A stretch of DNA of 64,000 nucleotides. Origin: Candidatus Eiseniibacteriota bacterium. GTDB taxonomy: Bacteria > Eisenbacteria > RBG-16-71-46. The notes beneath the pieces were generated by a model. That model searched no databases. It was not told the DNA's origin and saw only the letters and a program-made list of their open reading frames with translations. Shown here one piece after another: positions 28,767-38,393 of this stretch (the stretch's first letter is position 1; each line of letters starts with the position of its first letter). Location of the stretch: assembly GCA_044223005.1 (NCBI GenBank), contig JBGAML010000018.1:32001-96000 (forward strand). The letters are read 5' to 3'. Position numbers and translations under genes: made by a program.

Positions 28767-30458
28767 TCAGCGCGTCGAGGCGAGCGCCGGACCGAGCGGC
28801 GCCAGCTCCAGCCAGACGACCTGGAAGCCGTCCGTGGTGGTGCCGCGCCACTCGCGCGTCACGTCGAGATCGAACGTCTTCGCGGCCCCCTCGCGCGCCA
28901 TGATCTCGCTCCATTCGCCCCATGCGGCGCGGGCGTCACGGAACACGAGCACGACGTGGCGGAACGCGAGCCGGCGCCGGCACGGCGTCACGTCCGACGG
29001 CGCGAGCGCGAGGTGCACGACGGGGTGGTTCGTCTGCCACGCGAGCGCGGGGCCGAGGTTGCTCATGATCGGCTCGCCCGCGGGCACCTGGCGCGCGAGC
29101 GAGATCGAGAGCCGCGTCAGCGTCTCCGAGGACGGCACGCCGCGCTCGTGCGAGCCCTGCTCGGCCTCCGCGAGGCCCCGCGTCGTGGACCACGCGCCCC
29201 AGCCGAGCGCCAGCACGGCGACGAACGCGATCAGGCCGCGACGCAGGGGCGGCGCGATCGCGTGCTCCGGCAGCCGCGTGACGAGCGCCCACGCGGCCAG
29301 CATGCCCGCGGGCTCGAGCAGGATCCGCGAGGGGAAGAGGTAGCGCAGCCACGGAATGCTCGCGGCGGCGCTCAGTACCCCGAGCCCGGCACCGAGCAGC
29401 GCCACGAGTCCCGCCGCGGCGAGCGGGCGCGGCGGCTTCGTGAGCGCGAGATAGCCGGCGAGCGAGCCGAGCCACAGCCCGCGCGGACCCAGCAGCATCG
29501 CCTCGAAGAGCGCGGGCAGGTTGCGCGCGACCTTGGCGGCCAGCAGGCCGTACGCCTGCATGCCGTGTGGCAGCTCGGGGACCGAGGCCTGGTGGTAGAG
29601 CGAGAACCAGTTGCGGCCGCCGATGCCGTCCCACACCACGAAGCGCGTGAGGTCCCAGCCCGGCGAGCCAAACTGCTTCCACTTGTAGAGCCACCATGGC
29701 GCGAGCGGCACCACGAAACCGAGTGCGACGAGCAGCAGCGTGCGCCGCCGCCGCCCCGGGGGCGCGCACGCCATCGCGCCGAGCGCGAACAGCGGCGCGA
29801 GCCACATCATGTTCGCGCGGAAGAGCCCGGTGATCCCGAGCAGCAGCCCGTAAGCGAGCGGCGCGCCCGCCGGCGCCCCCATCGCGAGGCCGAAGAGCGC
29901 CAGCAGCAGTCCGAGCGTGAAGGGAAGCTCGGTGAAGCCGCCGATCGCGAAGTGCTGCGCCTCGGGGTCCAGCACGAACGCGAGCCCGGCGGTGACGGCC
30001 GCGCCCGCGCGCATCGCCGGGCTGCTGCCGGGTGACCAGCGCCCGAGCATGTGGCGCACCGACAGCGCGAGCGACGCGGCCGCGAGCAGGAAGCACGCGA
30101 ACGGGATCATCAGCGTCATGCTCGCGCGCTGGTCCGAGCCGGGGTGGATGCCGGCCGCGTAGGCGACCTTGAAGACGAGTCCCTGCGCCAGCACCATGCC
30201 CGGCTGCACGGCGGCCAGCGGCCAGGGCGGCGTCGCGTGCTTCTGCAGTTCGATCGGCAGAGCGTACGGCGTCGCCAGCTTGCCGTGCCACGCGAGTTCG
30301 CGGGCGGCGAGCGCGTACTGCGCCGTGTCGTAGTTGAGGATCGGCGAGCGGCCACCCAGGTCCCAGGCGCGGGAGTGCAGGTGCCACGTCCACGCCCCGG
30401 CCAGCAGCACGACGGGAAGGACCAGCAGTTCGAGCAGGCGGGCCGCGTAACGGTTCAT
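28767..30458 (-). CDS. Polytopic membrane protein, probable GT-C (ArnT/PMT-like) glycosyltransferase
   Basis: YDTAQY..AAREL...G after TM1, TELPF, RYLFP, more than 10 TM segments and a soluble C-terminus. Confidence 0.6.
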   Translation of the reverse strand: MNRYAARLLELLVLPVVLLAGAWTWHLHSRAWDLGGRSPILNYDTAQYALAARELAWHGKLATPYALPIELQKHATPPWPLAAVQPGMVLAQGLVFKVAYAAGIHPGSDQRASMTLMIPFACFLLAAASLALSVRHMLGRWSPGSSPAMRAGAAVTAGLAFVLDPEAQHFAIGGFTELPFTLGLLLALFGLAMGAPAGAPLAYGLLLGITGLFRANMMWLAPLFALGAMACAPPGRRRRTLLLVALGFVVPLAPWWLYKWKQFGSPGWDLTRFVVWDGIGGRNWFSLYHQASVPELPHGMQAYGLLAAKVARNLPALFEAMLLGPRGLWLGSLAGYLALTKPPRPLAAAGLVALLGAGLGVLSAAASIPWLRYLFPSRILLEPAGMLAAWALVTRLPEHAIAPPLRRGLIAFVAVLALGWGAWSTTRGLAEAEQGSHERGVPSSETLTRLSISLARQVPAGEPIMSNLGPALAWQTNHPVVHLALAPSDVTPCRRRLAFRHVVLVFRDARAAWGEWSEIMAREGAAKTFDLDVTREWRGTTTDGFQVVWLELAPLGPALASTR

Positions 30459-30604
30459 GGCCGTAACTTACGCGGGGCTTCGGGATGGCTCAACCCTCGT
30501 CGTCCGAAAAGCCGCGCTCGCCCCCGGCCGGGTTGCGTTCGGCGGGCCCGGGCGGCGAGAGTGCGCGGTCTCGCTCGTCCGCCGACCTTCCCGCCGGAGG
30601 TGCC

Positions 30605-33211
30605 ATGTCCCGACGATTCCCGCTCGCGCTGCTCGCGCTCCTCGCGCTCGCCACCCCGGTGCGCGCCGAGGACGGCGCCGACCATCGGCTCGGCCGCGAC
30701 GTGCGGCCCGTGTTCGAGGCCGTGCGCCTGCACGTCGATCCCGACCAGCACGACTATTCCGGCACGGTGCGCGTCGACCTCGACGTCACGAAGCCCGTCA
30801 CGAGCTTCGACCTGTACGCCGACGTGCAGACCCTGTCGCGCGTCGTCGTGATCCAGGGGCGCGACACGCTCGGCGCCGAGCAGGAGCCCGACGAGAACGG
30901 CCTGCTCACGCTCACGGTCCCGCGCGCGCTCGCCGTGGGTCCGGCGCGGCTCGAGATCGACTTCAAGAACTCGTACGGCACGCGTGCGGTCAGCCTGTAT
31001 CGCGTGACCAAGGACGGCCGCGGCTACGTGTTCACGCAGTTCGAGTCCGACGACGCCCGCCGCGCGTTCCCGTGCTGGGACGAGCCCGGGTTCAAGATCC
31101 CCTGGCAGGTCACGCTCGAGCTCCCGGCCGCCGACGCCGGCGTCTCCAACACGCCGATCGAGAGCGAGCGCACCGCGGGGGCGTGGAAGACGATCGTCTT
31201 CAAGCGCACGCGCCCGCTGCCCAGCTACCTGCTCGCGGTGTGCGCGGGTCCGTTCGAGTTCACGCCGGTGGCCGGAACGAAGGTGCCGACGCGCATCGTC
31301 ACGGTGCAGGGGCAGAAGCGGCTCACGGCCGTCGCGGCGGCGGACACGCCGAAGCTCCTCGCGGCGCTGGAGAAGTGGTTCGGGACGCCGTACCCGTACG
31401 AGAAGCTCGACCTGATCGCGGTGCCCGACTTCGCCTACGGGGCCATGGAGAACGCGGGCGCGATCACGTACCGCGACGACGCGCTGCTCATGGACCCGGC
31501 CACCGCCACCGTGAGCCAGCGGCGCTCGCTCGCGAACACCAACTGCCACGAGCTTTCGCACATGTGGTTCGGCGACCTCGTGACCATGGAATGGTGGGAC
31601 GACCTCTGGCTCAACGAGTCGTTCGCGGACTGGATGGCGGCCAAGATCACCGACGAGGTCTTTCCGGAACTGCAGCACGGCCTGAACGACCTGCAGCGCA
31701 TCCAGCGGGTCAAGTCCGGCGACGCGCTGCCGTCCACGATCCCGATCCGCTCGCACACGAGCAACTCCTCGCTCGGGCTGCAAAACGTCGGGCTCGTCTA
31801 CAGCAAGGGCAACGCGGTGCTGTCGATGTTCGAGGCGTGGCTCGGGCCCGAGGTGTTCCGCAAGGGCGTGCGCCAGTACCTCGCCGAGCACGCGTGGGGC
31901 AACGCGACCGCGGCGGACCTCTGGAAGGCGCTCGACACCGCGAGCGGCACGAACGTCTCGGCGGCCATGTCGACGTTCGTGGACCAGCCGGGCGTGCCCA
32001 TGCTGCGCGTCGTCCCCACGCCGACCGGCGTGCGGGTCACGCAGCAGCGCTGCTCGCCCGCGGGCGTGTCGCAGCCGCCGCTCACCTGGCGCATCCCCGT
32101 GGGCCTGCTCTGGTCGGACGGGCGCGCCACCCGCACGACCCGCGTGCTGCTCGCGCAGGAGTCGCAGGAGTTCCCACTCCCCAGCGGCGCGCCGGCCTGG
32201 GTCATGCCGAACGCCGGCGGCCGTGGCTACTACGCGTGGAGCGTGCCGGACACGATGCTGGCCCGCATCGCCGAGCGCGCGCCCCAGACGCTCGCGCCCG
32301 CCGAGCGCGTGGCGTTTCTCGGCAATCTCGACCTGCTGACCGACGCCGGCGTCGTCGAGGGTGCGACGACCTTCGACGCGCTCGAGCACTTCGGCGGCGA
32401 TCCGTCGCCGCAGGTGGTGGCCGCGGTCATGGGACAGCTCGAGGGACTGCGCGCGGCGTTCGTGCCCGATTCGCTGCAGGCTCCGTTCGCCGCGTACGTG
32501 CGGCGCACGCTCGGGCCCTCCATGGAGCGGTTCGGCTACGAGCGCCGGCCGGGCGAGGACGAGACGATCGGCACCGTGCGCGGCGAGTTGCTCCGCTGGC
32601 TCGCGCGCTGGGGCGACGACCCGAAGGCGCAGGCGTTCGCGATCGAGGCCGCGCGGCGCTACCTCGCGGATTCGAGCTCGGTGGACCCCGGCATCGTGGG
32701 CACGGTGCTCGGGCTCGCGGCGCGCCGCGGCGACGACGCGCTGCTCGAGCAGTTCCGCCATCGCTTCGAGAGCAGCCAGGTGCCCGCGACGCGGCGCATG
32801 TTCCTCGGCGCGATGGGCGCGATCGGCGACACGACGCTGCTGCAGCGGACGCTCGACTACTCGCTGAGCGACGCGGTGCGCCCGAGCGAGACCGGGCTCG
32901 TCTGGATGGGCATGCGCGACCGCAGCGAGTCGGACGGTGCGTGGTTCTTCCGCTGGATCACCACGCACTACGACCAGGTCGCCGCGCACCTGCCGCCGCC
33001 GGCGCTGCGGTTCCTGCCGATGATGGGCAGCGGCTGCTCGGAGGAACGGCTCCAGGCCGCGAAGGCGTTCTTCGGCGACCCCATGCGCGGCATCCCCGGC
33101 GTGCAGCAGACGCTCGAGCGCGTGAGCGACGGCGTGCACCAGTGCATCTCGCTCCGCGAGCGCGAAGGCGCCGGCGTCGCGCGCTTCCTGCGCGCCCGCG
33201 CCGCGAACTGA
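30605..33211 (+). CDS. Secreted M1-family aminopeptidase with ERAP1-like C-terminal domain
   Basis: TQFE..DARRAFPCWDEP, GAMEN, HELSHMWFG...WLNE, YSKG. Signal peptide and GGAGGT RBS. Confidence 0.93.
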   Translation: MSRRFPLALLALLALATPVRAEDGADHRLGRDVRPVFEAVRLHVDPDQHDYSGTVRVDLDVTKPVTSFDLYADVQTLSRVVVIQGRDTLGAEQEPDENGLLTLTVPRALAVGPARLEIDFKNSYGTRAVSLYRVTKDGRGYVFTQFESDDARRAFPCWDEPGFKIPWQVTLELPAADAGVSNTPIESERTAGAWKTIVFKRTRPLPSYLLAVCAGPFEFTPVAGTKVPTRIVTVQGQKRLTAVAAADTPKLLAALEKWFGTPYPYEKLDLIAVPDFAYGAMENAGAITYRDDALLMDPATATVSQRRSLANTNCHELSHMWFGDLVTMEWWDDLWLNESFADWMAAKITDEVFPELQHGLNDLQRIQRVKSGDALPSTIPIRSHTSNSSLGLQNVGLVYSKGNAVLSMFEAWLGPEVFRKGVRQYLAEHAWGNATAADLWKALDTASGTNVSAAMSTFVDQPGVPMLRVVPTPTGVRVTQQRCSPAGVSQPPLTWRIPVGLLWSDGRATRTTRVLLAQESQEFPLPSGAPAWVMPNAGGRGYYAWSVPDTMLARIAERAPQTLAPAERVAFLGNLDLLTDAGVVEGATTFDALEHFGGDPSPQVVAAVMGQLEGLRAAFVPDSLQAPFAAYVRRTLGPSMERFGYERRPGEDETIGTVRGELLRWLARWGDDPKAQAFAIEAARRYLADSSSVDPGIVGTVLGLAARRGDDALLEQFRHRFESSQVPATRRMFLGAMGAIGDTTLLQRTLDYSLSDAVRPSETGLVWMGMRDRSESDGAWFFRWITTHYDQVAAHLPPPALRFLPMMGSGCSEERLQAAKAFFGDPMRGIPGVQQTLERVSDGVHQCISLREREGAGVARFLRARAAN

Positions 33212-33220
33212 ACGTCACAC

Positions 33221-33273
33221 GCGAAACGCGAACGGGCGCGGGCCACTTCGGCCCGCGCCCGTTCGCGTTTCGT
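33221..33273. terminator. Long hairpin between convergent genes
   Basis: GCGAAACGCGAACGGGCGCGGGCC-ACTTC-GGCCCGCGCCCGTTCGCGTTTCGT. Confidence 0.7.
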
Positions 33274-33283
33274 GACGCCCGCT

Positions 33284-34135
33284 TCAGATCACCGAGAAGT
33301 CCGGCGCCTTCGCGATCGCGCCGGCCTTCACCGCGCGGTCGTAGAGGAGCGCGATGCCGGCGCGGCCGCGTTCGCCCATGTCGAGGGTGAGATCGTTGAC
33401 GTACATGTGCACGAACGTCTTGCCCTGCGGCACGTCGAGGCCGCGCCCGAACTGGAGCGCGTAGCGGATCGCCTCCTCCTCGTGCGCGAACGCGGCGTCG
33501 ATGCTGCGGCGGAAGCCGACGCTGCAGGCCTTCATCAGTTCCGGCCCGAGATCGCGGCGCACCACGTCGAGGCCGAGCGGCACCGGCAGGTTGTCGCGCT
33601 CCTTCCACAGCTCGCCGAAGTCCACGACCTTCTCCAGGCCTTCCTCGCGATACGTGAGCTGGCTCTCGTGGATGATGACGCCGGCGTCCACGCGGCCTTC
33701 GAGCACGGCCTGCGGGATCTGGTCGAACATCACCTCGACCGTCTCGCACTCGGGGCACTCGGTCCGCAGCAGCAGGGCCGCGGTCGTGAGCGGGCCCGGG
33801 ATCGCGACGCGCTTGCCGCGCAGTTCTTCGATCGTCATCGGGCGCTTGGAGACGACGACGGGGCCGTAGCCCCAGCCGAACGACGCGCCGCACGCGAGCA
33901 CCGCGTAGCGGTCGGCGATCTTCGCATAGGCGTGAGCGGAGACGGCGGTGATCTCGAGGTCGCCCTTCTCGATCGCGCGGACATTGAGCGACTGGATGTC
34001 CTGCAGCACGTGCTCGACGTGGCAGCCCTCGATGACGGCTTCACCGGTGTGGAAGCCGTAGAACATGTAGGCGTCGTCGGCGTCGGGGCTGTGGCCGAAG
34101 CGGATCGTGCGCAGCGAAGCGGAAGAAGAGGTCAT
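33284..34135 (-). CDS. mqnD: 1,4-dihydroxy-6-naphthoate synthase MqnD
   Basis: GHSPDADDAYMFY, DIQSLN, GYGP, AIPG.LTTA, IIHESQLTY, PLG, MYVN. Confidence 0.88.
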   Translation of the reverse strand: MTSSSASLRTIRFGHSPDADDAYMFYGFHTGEAVIEGCHVEHVLQDIQSLNVRAIEKGDLEITAVSAHAYAKIADRYAVLACGASFGWGYGPVVVSKRPMTIEELRGKRVAIPGPLTTAALLLRTECPECETVEVMFDQIPQAVLEGRVDAGVIIHESQLTYREEGLEKVVDFGELWKERDNLPVPLGLDVVRRDLGPELMKACSVGFRRSIDAAFAHEEEAIRYALQFGRGLDVPQGKTFVHMYVNDLTLDMGERGRAGIALLYDRAVKAGAIAKAPDFSVI

Positions 34136-34176
34136 GGGATCGGTCGTTGGGAGGAAAGGTTCGGATCCGCGGCCGG

Positions 34177-34614
34177 TCAGGCGCGGACGGGGGAATCGTG
34201 AACGGGCGAAAGATAGTGCTCGAGGCGGCCCAGCGCGCGCGGCCAGTCGTCGCGGAAGGCGCGGGCGAACGGCTCGTACTCCGGCGTGTCGGGCAGCGTG
34301 TGCACGACGGCGAGCCGGGTGACGTCGGCGGCGGCCGTCACGCGGAACGTGATGTCGCCGGCGTCGCGGCCGGGGTAGCCGTCGTGGCCGCCGCGGCACG
34401 TGCAGTGGCTCGGCGGTGCGAACGAGGTCCACGTGGCTTCGAACGGCCACACCTGCCGGCGGCGCCGGTGCCAGCGCATGGTCAACCGGCCGCCTTCCTC
34501 GGGCTCGCTCTCGCACGCGTCGCAGAACCAGCGTTCGAGGTGGCGGCCCTCGGTCACGGCGGCGAACACGCGCGCGGGAGGCGCGGGGATCACGATCTCG
34601 AACGCCAGTTCCAT
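34177..34614 (-). CDS. SRPBCC/Aha1-domain protein
   Basis: I.APPARVFAAVT...L..WF, W..AL.RL..YL. GGAGGAG RBS. Confidence 0.75.
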   Translation of the reverse strand: MELAFEIVIPAPPARVFAAVTEGRHLERWFCDACESEPEEGGRLTMRWHRRRRQVWPFEATWTSFAPPSHCTCRGGHDGYPGRDAGDITFRVTAAADVTRLAVVHTLPDTPEYEPFARAFRDDWPRALGRLEHYLSPVHDSPVRA

Positions 34615-34622
34615 CGCTCCTC

Positions 34623-35747
34623 CTACGAGGCCCGGGCCCCGCGGCGGCTGGCCGCACGGCCGAAGAGGTCGCGGCGCAGCGTCGCGAGTCCCGCGCCGGT
34701 GCGCGCGGACACGATCGCGCAGCCGTCGAACTCCGCACGGAGCGCGGCGATCGCGTCGTCGTCCAGCAGGTCGCACTTGTTGAAGACGAGCAGCCGTGGC
34801 GGGCGCGGCTCGCGCAGGATGTCGTCGAGCACGTCGTCCACGGCGCTGATCTGGCGGCGGAAATCGGGATCCGCCGCGTCGATCACGTGGATCAGCAGGT
34901 CCGCCTCGATCGCCTCCACCAGCGTGCTGTGGAACGAGGCGACGAGATGGTGGGGCAGTTTGCGGATGAATCCGACGGTATCGGTGAGCAGGAGGATCTC
35001 GCGGTCCGCGTTCACCATCTGGCGCGTCGTGGAATCGAGCGTGGCGAACAGCCGGTTCTCGACGAACACGTCGGCGCGCGTGAGGGCGTTGAAGAGCGTG
35101 CTCTTGCCCGCGTTGGTGTAGCCCGCGAGCGCGGTGCGGAACTCGCGCCGGCGGCGCGCGCGCTGCGTCTCGCGTTCCTTCTCCACGCTCTCGAGTGCCG
35201 CCTTGAGGCGCGCGATGCGTTCGCGCACGAGCCGGCGGTCGGTCTCGAGCTGCGTTTCGCCGGGACCGCGGGTGCCGATGCCGCCCGCCTGCCGCTCGAG
35301 ATGCTTCCACATGCCCGTCAGCCGTGGCAGCGTGTACTCGAGCTGCGCCAGCTCGACCTGCAGCCGCGACTCCCGCGTGCGGGCGCGGCGCGCGAAGATG
35401 TCGAGGATCAGCTCGGAGCGGTCGATCACCTTGCGCTGCGCCGCCTTCTCGAGGTTGCGCACCTGCGCGGGCGAGAGATCGTCGTCGAAGATCACGAGCT
35501 CGGCCTTGCTCTGCTCGACCAGCTCGCGCAGCTCCTCGAGCTTGCCCTTGCCCACGAACGTCGCGGGATGGATCGAGCCGCGTCGCTGCACGAGCGTGGC
35601 GACGACCTTCGCGCCGGCCGTGTCGGCGAGCAGCGCGAGCTCCTCGAGCGAACGCTCGAGGTGCTCCTTGTCGCGGCCCGCATGGCCCACGAGAACGGCG
35701 TTCTCGGAGCGCGGCGGGCGCGTGACTTCGTACGAAGTCGCCTTCAC
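34623..35747 (-). CDS. hflX: Ribosome-splitting GTPase HflX
   Basis: LADTAG, LILDIFA, GPGETQLE.DRR, GYTNAGKST, LFATLD, DTVGFI, NKCD. Confidence 0.95.
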   Translation of the reverse strand: MKATSYEVTRPPRSENAVLVGHAGRDKEHLERSLEELALLADTAGAKVVATLVQRRGSIHPATFVGKGKLEELRELVEQSKAELVIFDDDLSPAQVRNLEKAAQRKVIDRSELILDIFARRARTRESRLQVELAQLEYTLPRLTGMWKHLERQAGGIGTRGPGETQLETDRRLVRERIARLKAALESVEKERETQRARRRREFRTALAGYTNAGKSTLFNALTRADVFVENRLFATLDSTTRQMVNADREILLLTDTVGFIRKLPHHLVASFHSTLVEAIEADLLIHVIDAADPDFRRQISAVDDVLDDILREPRPPRLLVFNKCDLLDDDAIAALRAEFDGCAIVSARTGAGLATLRRDLFGRAASRRGARAS

Positions 35748-36967
35748 GCGCGGGGGCCCACCTCGAGGTCGTACGGGAACGGCGTCAGGTTCTCCATGCT
35801 GCCGTCGGCACGCACCGCGACCAGGTCCTCGATCCGCACGCCCATGCCGCGCGACGGGTAGTAGAGGCCCGGCTCGACCGAGATCACGTGGCCGGGCGCG
35901 AGCAGCGCGGTGTTCGCTTCGCCGCCGCCCAGGCGCGGGCCCTCGTGCACCGCGAGCCCGACGCCGTGGCCGAGGCTGTGGACGTAGCCTTCCTGCGCGC
36001 CCGGCTGCGTGCGCAGCGTGGCGTGGCCCTGGGCCTCGAACACGTCGCACGTCAGGTCCTGGAACGAGCGGCAGGGCTCGCCCACCTTGAGCGCGCCCAT
36101 CGCCGTGTCGAACGCGGCGCGGCACTGCGCGTAGATCTCCTGCAGCCCGGCGGGCGCCGGGCCGACGCAGAACGTGCGCGTCATGTCGGTGTGGTAGCCG
36201 CCGCCGGCCTCGCCGGGGAAGATGTCGACGATGATCGATTCGCCCGCGCGCACGGGTTCGGCGTCGTTGCCGCGGTTGTGCGGCACGCCGGCGTCGCGGC
36301 CCTGCGCGACGATGCTCTCGCCGTCCTCGGCGAGCCCGTGCTCGGCGAACGCGCGGTGGATGATCGCGCGCAGGTGGCCGAGCGTGACCACGTCGAGCGT
36401 GCCGTCGGTGAGCGCGCCGTTCTTCGGGCGCAGCGACGAGAGCTTGTCGCGCACGCGGCCCATCGCGTCCATGGCGCCCCGCGAGGCGCGGCGGATCGGC
36501 TCGAGCTCGCTCTCGTCCTTGGTCGACATCGCCGTCGCGAGCACGTCGGGCTGGCGCGCGTCGACGGTGATCGCCGGCGCGAGCTCGCGCAGCTTGCTCA
36601 GCAGCGCGTACGAGTAGCCGAGCGGCGCGTCGCCCGTGAAGGCGATCGGGCCTTCGAGCCGCATCGTGCCGGCGACCTGCGCGATCAGCTGCGCGAGCGC
36701 GTGCGCCTGCGACTCGGCGCTCTTCACCATCGCGAGGAAGCCGTGCTGCGCGTACGTCGACCACTCGCAGCCCGCGTTCGCGGCCTGGTCGCGCTCCATG
36801 GGATCGGCGACCAGGTGCGCGCGGCCGTCGGCGCCGCGGAAGTAGACGCCGTGGTGGATCTTCTGTCCGGTGCACCAGTACATCGCCGGGCAGTAGCGAT
36901 CGGCGGCCAGCACGACGAGGCCGGCGAGGTTCCGCTGCTGCATCAGGCGGTCGAGATCGGAGCGCAT
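35744..36967 (-). CDS. M24B Xaa-Pro aminopeptidase
   Basis: DIFP...YHTDMTRT, HSLGHGVGL.VHE, EPGLY, GVRIED. Confidence 0.92.
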   Translation of the reverse strand: MRSDLDRLMQQRNLAGLVVLAADRYCPAMYWCTGQKIHHGVYFRGADGRAHLVADPMERDQAANAGCEWSTYAQHGFLAMVKSAESQAHALAQLIAQVAGTMRLEGPIAFTGDAPLGYSYALLSKLRELAPAITVDARQPDVLATAMSTKDESELEPIRRASRGAMDAMGRVRDKLSSLRPKNGALTDGTLDVVTLGHLRAIIHRAFAEHGLAEDGESIVAQGRDAGVPHNRGNDAEPVRAGESIIVDIFPGEAGGGYHTDMTRTFCVGPAPAGLQEIYAQCRAAFDTAMGALKVGEPCRSFQDLTCDVFEAQGHATLRTQPGAQEGYVHSLGHGVGLAVHEGPRLGGGEANTALLAPGHVISVEPGLYYPSRGMGVRIEDLVAVRADGSMENLTPFPYDLEVGPRA

Positions 36968-37117
36968 GCGTCCCTCCGGGAGCGTGGGGTGCCCTTCGGG
37001 CGCGGCCCGGCGGGCCGCCGCCGGCGGGGCGAGCCGGGGAATGCTACGGCACGGGCGCGATCGTTGCCACAGCGGCCGCGGGCCCCGTGAACCGGCCCGC
37101 GCGGCCCGCCGGCGCGG

Positions 37118-37804
37118 TCAGTCGTCGACCCAGGCCCGCGAGGAACGGTCGCCGCGGCTCGCGATCGCCGCGGCCAGGCCGAACAGGAAGCCGCCGATGT
37201 GCGCCCACCACGCGACGCCACCGTTCGCGCCGCCGATCGCCAGCGCCGCCGAGAAGAACTGGAGCACGAACCAGAGCCCCAGCACGAGCAGCGCGGGCAG
37301 CTGGACGATCTGCAGGAAGAAGACGATCGGCACCAGCGTCACGACGCGCGCCCGCGGGTAGAGCACCGCGTAGGCGCCGAGCACGCCGGCGATCGCGCCG
37401 CTCGCCCCGACGGTGGGAATGGGCGAGGCCGGGTTGATGGCGACGTGGAGCACGGCGGAGGCGAACCCGCTCGCGAGATAGAAGCCGAGGAACCCGACGT
37501 GGCCGAAGTGATCCTCGACGTTGTCGCCGAAGATCCACAGGTACCACATGTTCCCGATCAGGTGCAGCCAGCCCGCATGCAGGAACATCGACGAGAGCAG
37601 CGTGACGAAGCCCGGCCCCGGCAATTCCATCCCGGCGAACACGCCGAGCACGCGCGCGGGGATCAGTCCCCAGCTCGCGACGAACACGCCACGGCCGTCG
37701 CCGAGCGCGAGCTCGAACAGGAACGTGAGCGCGTTCGCGAGGATCAGCGCGCGTGTCACGATCGGGGTGGTGCGAGAGGGATTCTCGTCGCGAAGCGGGA
37801 TCAA
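37118..37804 (-). CDS. Rhomboid intramembrane serine protease
   Basis: IPLRDENP, MFLHAGWLHLIGNM, GASGAI, AWWAHIGGF. TTG start inferred. Confidence 0.92.
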   Translation of the reverse strand: MIPLRDENPSRTTPIVTRALILANALTFLFELALGDGRGVFVASWGLIPARVLGVFAGMELPGPGFVTLLSSMFLHAGWLHLIGNMWYLWIFGDNVEDHFGHVGFLGFYLASGFASAVLHVAINPASPIPTVGASGAIAGVLGAYAVLYPRARVVTLVPIVFFLQIVQLPALLVLGLWFVLQFFSAALAIGGANGGVAWWAHIGGFLFGLAAAIASRGDRSSRAWVDD

Positions 37805-37868
37805 GCGGGCTCCGGAAGGCCGTGGGGGTGCGTCCGGCGCGGCCGAAACGCCGCTGGGGCGCAGGGGT

Positions 37869-37897
37869 TTGACGCTTTCTTGTGACGTTCCTATCTT
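37869..37897 (+). promoter_or_regulatory. Putative trxA promoter
   Basis: TTGACG, 17-nt spacer, TATCTT. Confidence 0.6.
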
Positions 37898-37994
37898 GGG
37901 CGCCGAGAATTCGCCGTGCATCGGCGGGCGCCCGGCCGACATCTACTGGGGTGCGTGAAACCGCCTTCCGACTTCATCGCCGTGGGGATCCGAC

Positions 37995-38336
37995 ATGAGC
38001 AACTCTCTCTCCGTCAACGACCAGACGTTCGACACCGAAGTCCTGCAGTCCGCCACGCCCGTCCTCGTGGACTTCTGGGCGCCCTGGTGCGGACCGTGTC
38101 GTGCGGTGGCCCCGACCGTCGACGCGATCGCGCAGGAGTTCAGCGGCCGCCTCAAGGTGGTCAAGCTGAACACCGACGAGTCCGGCGAAGTCGCCATGAA
38201 GTACGGCGTCACCTCGATCCCGACGCTCATGGTGTTCAAGGGCGGCAACATGGTCGAGCGCGTGCTCGGCAATCGCCCGAAGGCCGACCTCGTCAACATG
38301 GTGTCGCGTCACCTCGACGCTCGCGCCCAAGCATAG
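37995..38336 (+). CDS. trxA: Thioredoxin
   Basis: VDFWAPWCGPC, SIPTL. Confidence 0.96.
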   Translation: MSNSLSVNDQTFDTEVLQSATPVLVDFWAPWCGPCRAVAPTVDAIAQEFSGRLKVVKLNTDESGEVAMKYGVTSIPTLMVFKGGNMVERVLGNRPKADLVNMVSRHLDARAQA

Positions 38337-38353
38337 CGCAAGCATAACGCAAG

Positions 38354-38380
38354 CGGCCCGCGCGGCGATCGCGCGGGCCG
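38354..38380. terminator. Hairpin between convergent trxA and nnr
   Basis: CGGCCCGCGCG-GCGAT-CGCGCGGGCCG followed by TTCGCGTT. Confidence 0.6.
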
Positions 38381-38393
38381 TTCGCGTTCTCCG

